Positions 42,450 to 51,579 of a stretch of DNA of 64,000 nucleotides are shown here, piece after piece. The notes below the pieces were generated by a model. That model was not told the DNA's origin, did no database searches, and worked only from the letters and a program-made list of their open reading frames with translations. Numbering within the stretch: the stretch's first letter is position 1; each line of letters opens with the position of its first letter. The stretch comes from Vicinamibacteria bacterium (GTDB lineage Bacteria > Acidobacteriota > Vicinamibacteria > Marinacidobacterales > Marinacidobacteraceae): NCBI GenBank assembly GCA_963555995.3, contig OY821641.1, forward strand, positions 1,312,001 through 1,376,000, written 5' to 3'. The position numbers and the translations under genes were made by a program.

Positions 42450-45400
42450 ATGGGTGATCTTCGTGCGGGTGCCGGGACAACGGAGGGACCAGTGGCGGCG
42501 TTCCCCGTAGCCATCGTGGGGTACAGCCACCGCCTGCCCGGCGGACTCCGCACCGACGAGGATTTCTGGCGCCTGCTCTGCGAGCGCGAGATCGTGCAGG
42601 AGCCGATCACGGACCGCTACGGTCGGGGCTATCGGCCCATCGGTGAGTTCTCCGGCCCCGGCCGGTTCGCGAGCCCCTGGGAGGGGCTCATCCGCGACGA
42701 CGGGGAGAAACTCTTCGACCGCAGTCTCTTCGGTCTGTCCCAGAACGAAACGCTGGTGATGGACCCGCAGATGAGGATGCTGCTGACCTGCGCCTGGGAG
42801 ACCTTCGAGCGCGCGGGCTGGGACCTCCATTCGCTGCGCAACAGTGCGACCGGTGTCTTCATCGGCGCCCAGACCCCGCCGGTGGCGAACTGGCGGCCCC
42901 TGCGCGGCGCCACCCCGTTCGACGTAACCGGGCTCAGCCTGGCCATGCTGGCCAATCGCGTTTCCTATCACTTCAACCTCACGGGGCCGTCCACCACCTA
43001 CTGCACGGCCTGTTCGGCGAGCCTGACCGCCCTCCACGCGGCGATGAACGCGCTCCGCTGCGGCGACTGCGACCAGGCCGTCGTCGGTTCCGTCAACTAC
43101 CTCGGCACCAACCGGCTCAGCGTGTGTTTCAACGCGCTCGGCGTCATCAGTCCAGACGGCAAGTGCCACTCCTTCGACGCGGAAGCGAACGGCTACCTGC
43201 GGTCCGAGGGCGCGTTCGCCTATGCGATCAAGCCGCTGCCGGCGGCCGAGCGCGACGGGGACCGCATCTGCGCCGTGATCGAGGCCACCGCGGTGAACGC
43301 GGCGGGCGCCGCCGACGACAGCGTCGGCCTCGCCCAGGGCCGGTACATCACCGCGCCCACGCGGCACGCGCAGGTGCAGCTCATGGAGCAGGCCGCCGCC
43401 CGGGCGGGCCGCGGCCCCGAGGACTTCGACTACATCGAGGCCCACGCGACCGGCACCGTCGTGGGCGACCGGATCGAGGGAAACGCCATCGCGACGGCCT
43501 TCGGGGGTGTCCCCCGCGACGTTCCCCTGCGGATTTCGAGCGTCAAGAGCAACGTCGGCCACATGGAGGCCGCCGCGTTCCACTGCGCCCTGCTCAAGGT
43601 CCTGCTGATGCTGGAGCGCCGCGTCTTCGCGCCGACTTCGAGGAACTTCCTGGTTCCGAATCCGGAGATTGACTTCGAGAGCTGTCCCATGCAGGTGCAG
43701 ACCGCCAGCGAACCGTTCCCCGAGCGCCCGGTGGTGATCGGGATCAACTCGTTCGGCTTCGGCGGCGCCAACGGCCACTGCGTGGTGCGGGAATACCGCC
43801 CGCCCCGGCCGTCCGTCCGCTCGGTGGCGCTGGCGCCGGAGGCCGGATTCATGATTCCGCTTTCGGCTCGTTCCCCTGCGGCCCTGGTCCAGAGCGCGGA
43901 GCGCCTGCGGGACACGCTGGGCGAGCGGGACGTGGACCTCTACACGCTGGCGGGCAATCTCGGCCGGCGGCGCACCCACTTCGCCACCCGCACGGCCTTC
44001 GCGGCGGACACTCGGGAGGACCTGATTGCGGCGCTGGATGCGTTCGTCCGGGACCCGGCGCCGGTGGCCAACGTGGAGGAAGGCGAGCGGCGCCTGGCGA
44101 TGGTGTTCTCCGGTCAGGGCACGCAGTGGGCGGGATGCGGCCGCGAGCTCTACGACACCGAGCCCGTCTTCCGGCGCGCCGTGGACGGCATCGAGGCGCA
44201 CTGGCGGGAGCACTCGGACATCTCGCTGCGCGACGCCGCCTTCTCCGCCCCGCAGGCGGCGCTCGACGAAGTCAGCCTGGCCCAGCCGGTCATCTTCATG
44301 ATCCAGTGCGCGCTGGTCGAGTTGCTCAAGACCTGGGGCGTCTATCCGGACTGCGTGGTGGGGCACAGCTCCGGCGAGGTCGCCGCCGCAACCGCATCCG
44401 GGGTCCTGTCCCTCGCGGAAGCGACCCGGCTGGTGTACCACCGCGCCACCGAGCAGCAGCCGACGGCCGGATCGGGGCGCATGCTGGCCATCGGCCTCGA
44501 CCGGCCGGGGGTGGAGGAACTGCTCCACTCGCTGGACGTCCGGTTCGGGGACGGCGGGGACGAGCGGCCGGCGCAGGTCGAGATCGCCTGCGAGAACTCG
44601 CCCGCCAACACCGTCGTCTGCGGAAAGGAGGCCGCCCTGCGGCCGGTCATGGCGGAGCTCGACCGCCGCCGGCTGCAGCATGCGCTGCTGCCCGGAAACA
44701 TCGCGTTCCACTCCACCGCCATGGACCCGATCCGGGAGCGCGCGCTCCGAGCCCTGTCGTTCCTGGATGCGTGCGGGTCGGATCCCGACGCGCCGTTCGT
44801 CTCCTCGGTCACCGGCGCGGTCACGACGAAGCTGGACAGCGCCTACTGGTGGTCGAACATCCGCCAGCCGGTGCGGTTCGCGGCGGCGATGGAGACCGTC
44901 CAGCGCGAGTTCCGCCCCGCTGCGGTGCTGGAAATCGCCCCGCACTGCGCCCTGCAGCCGACCATCGCGCAATGCCTCGAGGGCTCCCCCCGGGAGCCGG
45001 CCTGCCTTCCCACCCTGATGCGCGACACCGACGTCCGCCTCGGCTTTCGGCGGACCCTGGGGTCCCTGTTCCGTATCGGCGTCGCGCTCGACTTCGAGTC
45101 GCAGTTTCCGCGGCCCGAACCCATCAGCCACCTGCTGCCCGGGCACCCGAGGGAAGAGGAGGCGGCGATGGACATCATGTGCGACAACGAGATGTTTGTC
45201 CGGCAGGGCGAGTACTCGCGCGGTCCGCTGGTGGGACACCGGGTTCCCGCGGAACATCCGCGCTTCGAGGCCCGGCTGTCGGACCAGGATTTCCCCTGGC
45301 TGACGGACCACCGGGTCCACCACGCGGCGATCATGCCGGCGGCCGGCTACATCGAGCTGGTCCTGGAGGCTCTCGGCGGCGCTTCCGTTCACTTCGAGGT

Positions 45401-48400
45401 ACTGGAATTCCTGCAGCCCTGTCCCGTCCCCAAGACGCCGGTGCGGCTGCAGACGGCCCTGCATCCGATCGCTTCGCTACCGGACGCGTTCACCTTCACG
45501 ATCTCTTCCCGGTCGTACGACGTGGATTCGCGGAGCGAACTGCATTGCCGCGGCAAGGTACGTCTGGTGGCCGAAGACCACCGCACGGGCGCGCCCGAAC
45601 GCCTCGGCGAAATTGACCGGACGCACTTCAAGCCCTCGTTCCTCGCCGACGACAAGAACTTCTACGAGCGCCTGGAAGCCGTCCTCAGCGAGACCTTCCA
45701 GTACGGCCCGTACTTCCGGACCATCCAGCGCGTTCTGGTGGACAAGGTCTCGCGGGCCTATCTGTTCGACGTGGAGATGGACGGCGGCCTGTGGACGACG
45801 GGCCGCGAGGAGGGCTACGTCTCCTGTCCTCCGCTGTTCGACGGCGGTCTGCAGATATTCCTCTACCACCTGCTGACCGCCGCCGACCTCTTCGCCATCC
45901 CGCAGCGCGCGGAAGGCGTGACCTTCCTGCGGCCGCCGAGCGGTCCCCGCATCACCTGCCATGTCACTCCACCCCGCGACGACTGGATGGACGCGAACGA
46001 GCGGGGGCAGTACTCGGTGCGCCGCGGCGAGCGGTCCGGGGGAAGCATCAGCTTCTACGACGCCGAAACGGGCGACCTGGTCGCCCACATCGCCGATTAC
46101 ACCTATTTCACCTCCAATCCCCGCTGGAACGACCTGCCGAACAGCAAGCACCGGATCGTCTGGCAGCCGAAGTCGCTTCCCGCCGGTCCGGAGCTGGCCG
46201 GCCGCCTGCCCCCCGGCGAGATCGAGCCCGCCGCGTTGATCGCGGCGCTCGAGCGGCCGCCCGCGGGCGAGGGCCTCGCCGCTCACGTCGTCGAGCTGGC
46301 CGGCGACCGGGAGCCGGACCGCACCGCGCTCACTGGCTGCATCGACGTTCTGGCCGGCGTCCACAGCCGGAGCGAATACTGGCTGGTCACGGACAGCGAA
46401 GACGCGGCGCGCGCCTGCCACGACGCGTTCCACCAGCACGACGCCGCGCTCCGTTTCGCGAACATTGATCCGGCGGCGCGCCGGGAACCGGAGACCGGTC
46501 TGCTGCGCCGCGCGGCTGCCGAGATCGTCCTCCTGCACGGCGACGACGGGGCCCTGACGCCGGAGCGATGGGAGCTGGCCCGCCGATTGGCGGTGGCCGG
46601 CGGACTCGCCCTGGTCCGCCATGGGGAGGACAGCGCGGTCGAGCCCGGCGCCGGATGGACGATGTTGCGGGCGGGACGGCGTTCCACCCTGCTGCAGGCG
46701 CCGCCCGAGTACGCGGACGCGTCCGACGCCGGGGAACTTCCGGGCCCGCGATGGGTACTCGGTGAATCGGGAGGCTGGGCTCCCGACTGGGTGTCCCTGC
46801 TGGATCGGCCGGAATCGGTGTACCGGATCCCGGAGGCGGACTGGACCGGCGCCCGGCTGCATGCGATGCACGAGTGGCCGGAGGCGGTGGACCTGCAGGC
46901 GATCGACTTCTTTTGCGGCACGGACCCCGTGGACCCCACGGGCGAGAACCTGGCCGCCCGCTTCATCGCCTTCGTCCAGGCCCTGACGTCCCGGCGGATC
47001 GAGCACGGGGGCTCCCGGTGCCGCCTCACCGTGGTGACGCGGAGGGCCGCCCACGAGGTGGAGGATGCGCGGGGCGGCGTGCTCTGGGGCGCGGTCCGCA
47101 GCATGGCGTTCGAGGTCGGGGAAGAGGCCGGGATTGATTTCCGCCTCGTTGACCTGGGCGATTCCGGCGACCTGGAGACGCTCGCCTGGCTCGCCCGCTG
47201 CGACCTGCGCGAACGGGAACTGGCCGTGCGCGACGGGCGGCTGTGGGCGCCGCGGCTGGTCAGCATCCGCGAGCGGTATGCGTCCGTGCCACCCGGCGAG
47301 GCCTGTACCTACGGGCTGGTCCTCGACAATCCGGGACAGATCGCCGGCCTCCAGATGAAGACCCGCGAACTCCCGGCGCCGGGGCCCGAGGACGTGGAGA
47401 TCGAGGTGGCCGCGGCGGCGCTCAACTTCCGCGACGTCATGGTGACGCTGGGCCTGCTGCCGGCGCTGGCGTACGAACGCTCGGCGCTCGGGGAGGGGAT
47501 CGGCATGGAGGCCGGCGGGATCGTGCGTCGGGTCGGAGCCGACGTGCGGCAATACGGGGTCGGCGATGCGGTGGCCTTCATCGGGAGCGGCTCCATCGCC
47601 AACCGCGTGACGGTGCACCAGCACCTCGTCTTTCCCAAGCCGGGCCGTCTCACCATGGAGGAAGCCGCCTCGACGCTCTCGGTCTATGTGACCGCGTACT
47701 ACTCGCTCATTCACCTGGCCCGTCTCGGGAAGGGGCAGCGGGTGCTGATCCACTCGGCGATGGGCGGGGTCGGGCAGGCCGCCATCGCTCTGGCCCGGCA
47801 TGCGGGCGCGGAGATCTATGCCACCGCCGGCAGCGAGAGCAAGCGCGAACGATTGCTGGAGCTTGGGGTGCGCGCCGCTTTCGATTCCCACAGCTTCGAG
47901 TGGTACGACGGCCTGATGGCGGCAACCGGGGGGCGGGGCGTGGACGTGGTCCTGAATTCCCTCGCCGGGCACCACATCGAGCTCTGCCTCCAGGCCCTGC
48001 GGCCGGGCGGCTGGCACTGCGAGATCGGCAAGGTGGACATCTACGCGGACAACGAGCTCGGCCTGCGTATCTTCCGGAAGAACCTGCGCTTTGCGGCGAT
48101 TGATGTTGACCGCCTGATGCTCGACGATCCCAAGTTGGCGCGCGAGCTTTCCCGGACCTGCCTCGACCTGGTGGGTCGCGGGGACCTGCCGCCGTTGCCC
48201 GTCACGGTGTTCCCCTACGCGGACTACGCCACGGCGCTGCGCCGGATGACCGCCGGGCAGCACCAGGGAAAACTGGTTCTGAGGGCGCCCGAGGTTTCCG
48301 GGGACCCCGGATTCCCGATCGCCGACGTGCGGCCCCTGTTCGATCCCGAGGCGACCTACCTGGTGACCGGCGGGCTCGGCGGCTTCGGACTGCGGCTCCT

Positions 48401-49538
48401 GCCGTATCTGGTGGCCTCGGGGGCGCGCCATCTCACCCTGATGGACCGGGATCCGGAGCGCCGCCGGAACGCTGACTGGATCCGCCGGTCGAGCGCCCTG
48501 GCCTACCTGGACGCCCCGGTCGAGTTCGACATCGTCACCGGCGATGTCGCGGCGGAGGCGGATGTCCGGCGCTGCGTAGCGCAACTGAAGCGGCCGCTGA
48601 AGGGCGTTTTCCACCTGGCCGGCGTCCTCGACGACCGCCTGCTCGACGACCTGTCCGCGGAATCGGTGGCGCGTGTCTTCGCGCCCAAGGCCCGGGGCGC
48701 CCTCCATCTGCACGAGGCCACCCTCGATCACCCCCTTGACGCGTTCGTGCTGTTCTCGTCCACCGCCGCGGTGCTGGGCAACCCCGGACAGATCAACTAC
48801 AGCGCCGCCAACGCCTACCTCGACGGCCTCGCCGCCAGCCGCCGCCGGCAAGGGTTGCCGGGTCTGTCCTGTAACCTGGCCGCCGTCGCGGATGCCGGCA
48901 TGGCCGCCCGCAGCCTCCCGGTCCTGCGCATGATGCGGGCCGCGGGCCTGCCCCCGGTCAGCAGCGACTTCGCCATCGCCAACCTGGACTATGCGCTCCG
49001 CGCGATGCCCCACGCGGACCACCTGATCACCGCCCTGTTCGAACGTCCTTCCTGGACCGTGGATCTGCCGGACTACCTGCGCATCGGACGGCTGCTGCGC
49101 AACCGGGACGCCTTCGAGGCCGGCGCCGCAGGGGAACTGACAGTGGAGACCGTGGTTCAGGCGATCGCCGCCAAGGTCGCCGAACTCTGCGGTCACGACG
49201 AGTGCGGCGCCGAGGAGCCGCTTTCGAGTTTCGGCCTCACGTCCATCTCCGTCGCCGAACTCGGCACCTTCATCCAGACGGAGTTCAACTACCGGGTGAG
49301 CGCGCTGGAACTGATGACGACCGCATCCGCCCTCTCGCTGGCGCAGGGCATCGTCCATGGCCCGGATGAGGTCGCGGAGGACTCCGGGGACATGGGCGAC
49401 GCCCCGGTCGAGAAGGTGTCCCCCGCGGTCCGGCCGCGCGCCGCCCGCGCCCCGTCGGTTTTCGCGAACCCGCCGGAGAGCCATTTCCCGCACGGCCAGG
49501 ATGCCAGCCCGACCGTTTCCGCGATTCAGCGGGCCTGA
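42450..49538 (+). CDS. Monomodular type I PKS/FAS, KS-AT-DH-ER-KR-ACP (SwfA-like)
   Basis: KS CTACSAS/EAHATGT/KSNVGH; AT GHSSG/AFHS; DH LTDHRVHHAAIMP; ER IHSAMGGVG; KR TGGLGGFG/LDD/YSAAN; ACP FGLTSI; no TE; start 42450 or GTG 42492. Confidence 0.93.
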   Translation: MGDLRAGAGTTEGPVAAFPVAIVGYSHRLPGGLRTDEDFWRLLCEREIVQEPITDRYGRGYRPIGEFSGPGRFASPWEGLIRDDGEKLFDRSLFGLSQNETLVMDPQMRMLLTCAWETFERAGWDLHSLRNSATGVFIGAQTPPVANWRPLRGATPFDVTGLSLAMLANRVSYHFNLTGPSTTYCTACSASLTALHAAMNALRCGDCDQAVVGSVNYLGTNRLSVCFNALGVISPDGKCHSFDAEANGYLRSEGAFAYAIKPLPAAERDGDRICAVIEATAVNAAGAADDSVGLAQGRYITAPTRHAQVQLMEQAAARAGRGPEDFDYIEAHATGTVVGDRIEGNAIATAFGGVPRDVPLRISSVKSNVGHMEAAAFHCALLKVLLMLERRVFAPTSRNFLVPNPEIDFESCPMQVQTASEPFPERPVVIGINSFGFGGANGHCVVREYRPPRPSVRSVALAPEAGFMIPLSARSPAALVQSAERLRDTLGERDVDLYTLAGNLGRRRTHFATRTAFAADTREDLIAALDAFVRDPAPVANVEEGERRLAMVFSGQGTQWAGCGRELYDTEPVFRRAVDGIEAHWREHSDISLRDAAFSAPQAALDEVSLAQPVIFMIQCALVELLKTWGVYPDCVVGHSSGEVAAATASGVLSLAEATRLVYHRATEQQPTAGSGRMLAIGLDRPGVEELLHSLDVRFGDGGDERPAQVEIACENSPANTVVCGKEAALRPVMAELDRRRLQHALLPGNIAFHSTAMDPIRERALRALSFLDACGSDPDAPFVSSVTGAVTTKLDSAYWWSNIRQPVRFAAAMETVQREFRPAAVLEIAPHCALQPTIAQCLEGSPREPACLPTLMRDTDVRLGFRRTLGSLFRIGVALDFESQFPRPEPISHLLPGHPREEEAAMDIMCDNEMFVRQGEYSRGPLVGHRVPAEHPRFEARLSDQDFPWLTDHRVHHAAIMPAAGYIELVLEALGGASVHFEVLEFLQPCPVPKTPVRLQTALHPIASLPDAFTFTISSRSYDVDSRSELHCRGKVRLVAEDHRTGAPERLGEIDRTHFKPSFLADDKNFYERLEAVLSETFQYGPYFRTIQRVLVDKVSRAYLFDVEMDGGLWTTGREEGYVSCPPLFDGGLQIFLYHLLTAADLFAIPQRAEGVTFLRPPSGPRITCHVTPPRDDWMDANERGQYSVRRGERSGGSISFYDAETGDLVAHIADYTYFTSNPRWNDLPNSKHRIVWQPKSLPAGPELAGRLPPGEIEPAALIAALERPPAGEGLAAHVVELAGDREPDRTALTGCIDVLAGVHSRSEYWLVTDSEDAARACHDAFHQHDAALRFANIDPAARREPETGLLRRAAAEIVLLHGDDGALTPERWELARRLAVAGGLALVRHGEDSAVEPGAGWTMLRAGRRSTLLQAPPEYADASDAGELPGPRWVLGESGGWAPDWVSLLDRPESVYRIPEADWTGARLHAMHEWPEAVDLQAIDFFCGTDPVDPTGENLAARFIAFVQALTSRRIEHGGSRCRLTVVTRRAAHEVEDARGGVLWGAVRSMAFEVGEEAGIDFRLVDLGDSGDLETLAWLARCDLRERELAVRDGRLWAPRLVSIRERYASVPPGEACTYGLVLDNPGQIAGLQMKTRELPAPGPEDVEIEVAAAALNFRDVMVTLGLLPALAYERSALGEGIGMEAGGIVRRVGADVRQYGVGDAVAFIGSGSIANRVTVHQHLVFPKPGRLTMEEAASTLSVYVTAYYSLIHLARLGKGQRVLIHSAMGGVGQAAIALARHAGAEIYATAGSESKRERLLELGVRAAFDSHSFEWYDGLMAATGGRGVDVVLNSLAGHHIELCLQALRPGGWHCEIGKVDIYADNELGLRIFRKNLRFAAIDVDRLMLDDPKLARELSRTCLDLVGRGDLPPLPVTVFPYADYATALRRMTAGQHQGKLVLRAPEVSGDPGFPIADVRPLFDPEATYLVTGGLGGFGLRLLPYLVASGARHLTLMDRDPERRRNADWIRRSSALAYLDAPVEFDIVTGDVAAEADVRRCVAQLKRPLKGVFHLAGVLDDRLLDDLSAESVARVFAPKARGALHLHEATLDHPLDAFVLFSSTAAVLGNPGQINYSAANAYLDGLAASRRRQGLPGLSCNLAAVADAGMAARSLPVLRMMRAAGLPPVSSDFAIANLDYALRAMPHADHLITALFERPSWTVDLPDYLRIGRLLRNRDAFEAGAAGELTVETVVQAIAAKVAELCGHDECGAEEPLSSFGLTSISVAELGTFIQTEFNYRVSALELMTTASALSLAQGIVHGPDEVAEDSGDMGDAPVEKVSPAVRPRAARAPSVFANPPESHFPHGQDASPTVSAIQRA

Positions 49539-49540
49539 AC

Positions 49541-51283
49541 ATGACCAAGGCACTGCTGGTCTATCCCGCACAACCGCCGACCTACTGGGGCGCGAACTAC
49601 GCCCTGGAGATGGTGGGCATCAAGTCGGCCTTCCCGCCCTTGGGCCTGCTCACCATCGCCGCCATGTTTCCGCCGGAGTACGAGTTGCGGGTCATTGACA
49701 TGAACGTGGCGCCGCTCACGGACTCCGATCTGGAGTGGGCCGACCTGGTCTTCACCTCCACCATGATCGTCCAGCGGGTTTCCCTGCAGGCGGTCATCGA
49801 ACGCTGCAACCGCGCCGGCGTCCCCGTGATCGCCGGGGGCCCGCACCCCACCACGTTCCACGACGAGATCCCGGGCGTGGACCACTTCGTGCTGGACGAA
49901 GCGGAGGAGACCTTCCCCGGATTCCTGCGCGACCTCGAGAACGGGATCGCCCGGGCGATCTACCGGGAGCCGAGGAAGCCCGACGTCACCCGGACGCCCG
50001 TGCCCCGCTTCGACCTGATCAACCCGGACAACTACTACTCGATGGGTCTCCAGTTCTCCCGGGGCTGTCCGTTCAACTGCGAGTTCTGCGACATCACCAA
50101 GCTCTACGGCCGGGTGCCGCGGACCAAGTCGCCAGCGCAGATGGTGACCGAGTTCGAGGCGCTCTACCGGTTGGGCTGGCGGGGGCCCCTGTTCCTGGTG
50201 GACGACAACTTCATCGGCAACAAGCGGGAGGCGATGGAGCTGCTGCCGGTCCTCGCCGAGTGGCAGAAGGCCCACGGATACCCGTTTTCCCTTTCGACGG
50301 AAGCGAGCGTCAACCTGGCCCACCTGGACGAGTTGATGGACGCCATGGTCGCGTCCGGTTTCGACACCGTGTTCCTCGGCATCGAGACGCCCAACCCCAA
50401 GGCGCTGATCAAGACCAAGAAACAGCAGAACACCTCGAGGAGCGACGAGAACTTCCTGTTCAACGCGGTGCGCACGATCCAGCGGAAGGGCATCCAGGTC
50501 CAGGGCGGATTCATTCTGGGACTTGACAGCGACGACGACACGGTGTTCGACGCGCAGATCGAGTTCATCCAGCAGGCGGGAATCCCGGTCGCGCCGATCT
50601 ACCTGTTGACCGCGCTCCGCGGCACGGACATGTACCAGCGGCTGGATTCGGAGAACCGGCTGCTGGAAACGGCGATCGGCACCAATGCGATGACGCTCAA
50701 CTTCCAGCCCGAGCTGGACCCCGAGCTGCTGCTCGACGGGTATCGGCGGGTCACGGCCACCCTCTACGACGCCACCCTCGAGAACTACTTCGAGCGGTGT
50801 CTGACCCTGTTCGAGCACCTCGAACCGGTCCCGCACCTGAGGAAGCCGATGGGAGAGAACGCCATCGTCGTCGCGGCCATGCGCGTGCGCCGGCAACTAT
50901 CGCCGGAACAGATTCCCGCGTTTTCGAGGTTCATCGCCAGGGTCTCCCGCGATTTCCCGCGCCTGCTGCCCCTGGCGGTGCGGCTGGCCGGGCTCGGCTA
51001 CCACTTCGAACGGATCACCCGCCAGCAGATCCTGATCCATGACTTCAAGCTGTTTCTGGAGGCCGAGGCGGACCGGTTCCGGGAGGTGGTTGCGCCCCGC
51101 GCCGGGCGCTCGAACGACGTCCGCGGCCGCCGACAGGCCGTGTTCGCGCAGGCCGAGAAGCGCTACCGGGAGATCCCCGGCGATCTTCGCTACGACGAAG
51201 ACGGCGTTGATTTCGCCCTCGAAGCCTTCCGGTCCTCGGTGAACGCCCAGGCGGAGCGGTTCCTCCATCCGGGAAGCGCCTGA
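49541..51283 (+). CDS. Cobalamin-binding radical SAM protein (class B methyltransferase-like, SwfC-like)
   Basis: FPPLGLLTIAA B12 domain, GGPHPT, SRGCPFNCEFC, VDDNFIGN; 2 nt after the PKS stop. Confidence 0.9.
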   Translation: MTKALLVYPAQPPTYWGANYALEMVGIKSAFPPLGLLTIAAMFPPEYELRVIDMNVAPLTDSDLEWADLVFTSTMIVQRVSLQAVIERCNRAGVPVIAGGPHPTTFHDEIPGVDHFVLDEAEETFPGFLRDLENGIARAIYREPRKPDVTRTPVPRFDLINPDNYYSMGLQFSRGCPFNCEFCDITKLYGRVPRTKSPAQMVTEFEALYRLGWRGPLFLVDDNFIGNKREAMELLPVLAEWQKAHGYPFSLSTEASVNLAHLDELMDAMVASGFDTVFLGIETPNPKALIKTKKQQNTSRSDENFLFNAVRTIQRKGIQVQGGFILGLDSDDDTVFDAQIEFIQQAGIPVAPIYLLTALRGTDMYQRLDSENRLLETAIGTNAMTLNFQPELDPELLLDGYRRVTATLYDATLENYFERCLTLFEHLEPVPHLRKPMGENAIVVAAMRVRRQLSPEQIPAFSRFIARVSRDFPRLLPLAVRLAGLGYHFERITRQQILIHDFKLFLEAEADRFREVVAPRAGRSNDVRGRRQAVFAQAEKRYREIPGDLRYDEDGVDFALEAFRSSVNAQAERFLHPGSA

Positions 51284-51299
51284 ATGGCGCGTACGGCTT

Positions 51300-51495
51300 G
51301 GAACGCCGGTCTCCAGACCGGCACGCGCGGTGCTCCGCACCGCGCACGGCGCAACTCTGACCCGCGCGGTGGCGCTCTTCTCCGTTTGCTTCTCAACGGA
51401 CTGGACGTTCCCCCGACCGAATCCCGCAACTGTGCCTGACGACTCGACATCCGCGGCCCTGCGGGCAGCTGTGCCGGCCGGGAGACCGGCGTTCC
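51300..51495. repeat. REPIN-like unit (inverted REPs at 51300-51323 and 51472-51495) inside the PKS cluster
   Basis: ggaacgccggtctccagaccggca...tgccggccgggagaccggcgttcc; left arm shared with 14054 and 60633. Confidence 0.8.
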
Positions 51496-51579
51496 AAGCC
51501 GGTGCGCCATCGCGCGCACCGGCGGACCGTGAGGACTTCGGTGCTCACGACACTTCCACGAGAGGCTGCTGAGACCGTC

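Noticed and set aside
45477-49571. Very long antisense or alternate-frame ORFs (also 37782-41321 +, 14577-17363 +, 42276-45464 -, 25865-28300 -, 58474-60630 -)
   Set aside because: Shadows of real genes caused by high GC3; no motifs and fully overlapping well-supported CDSs
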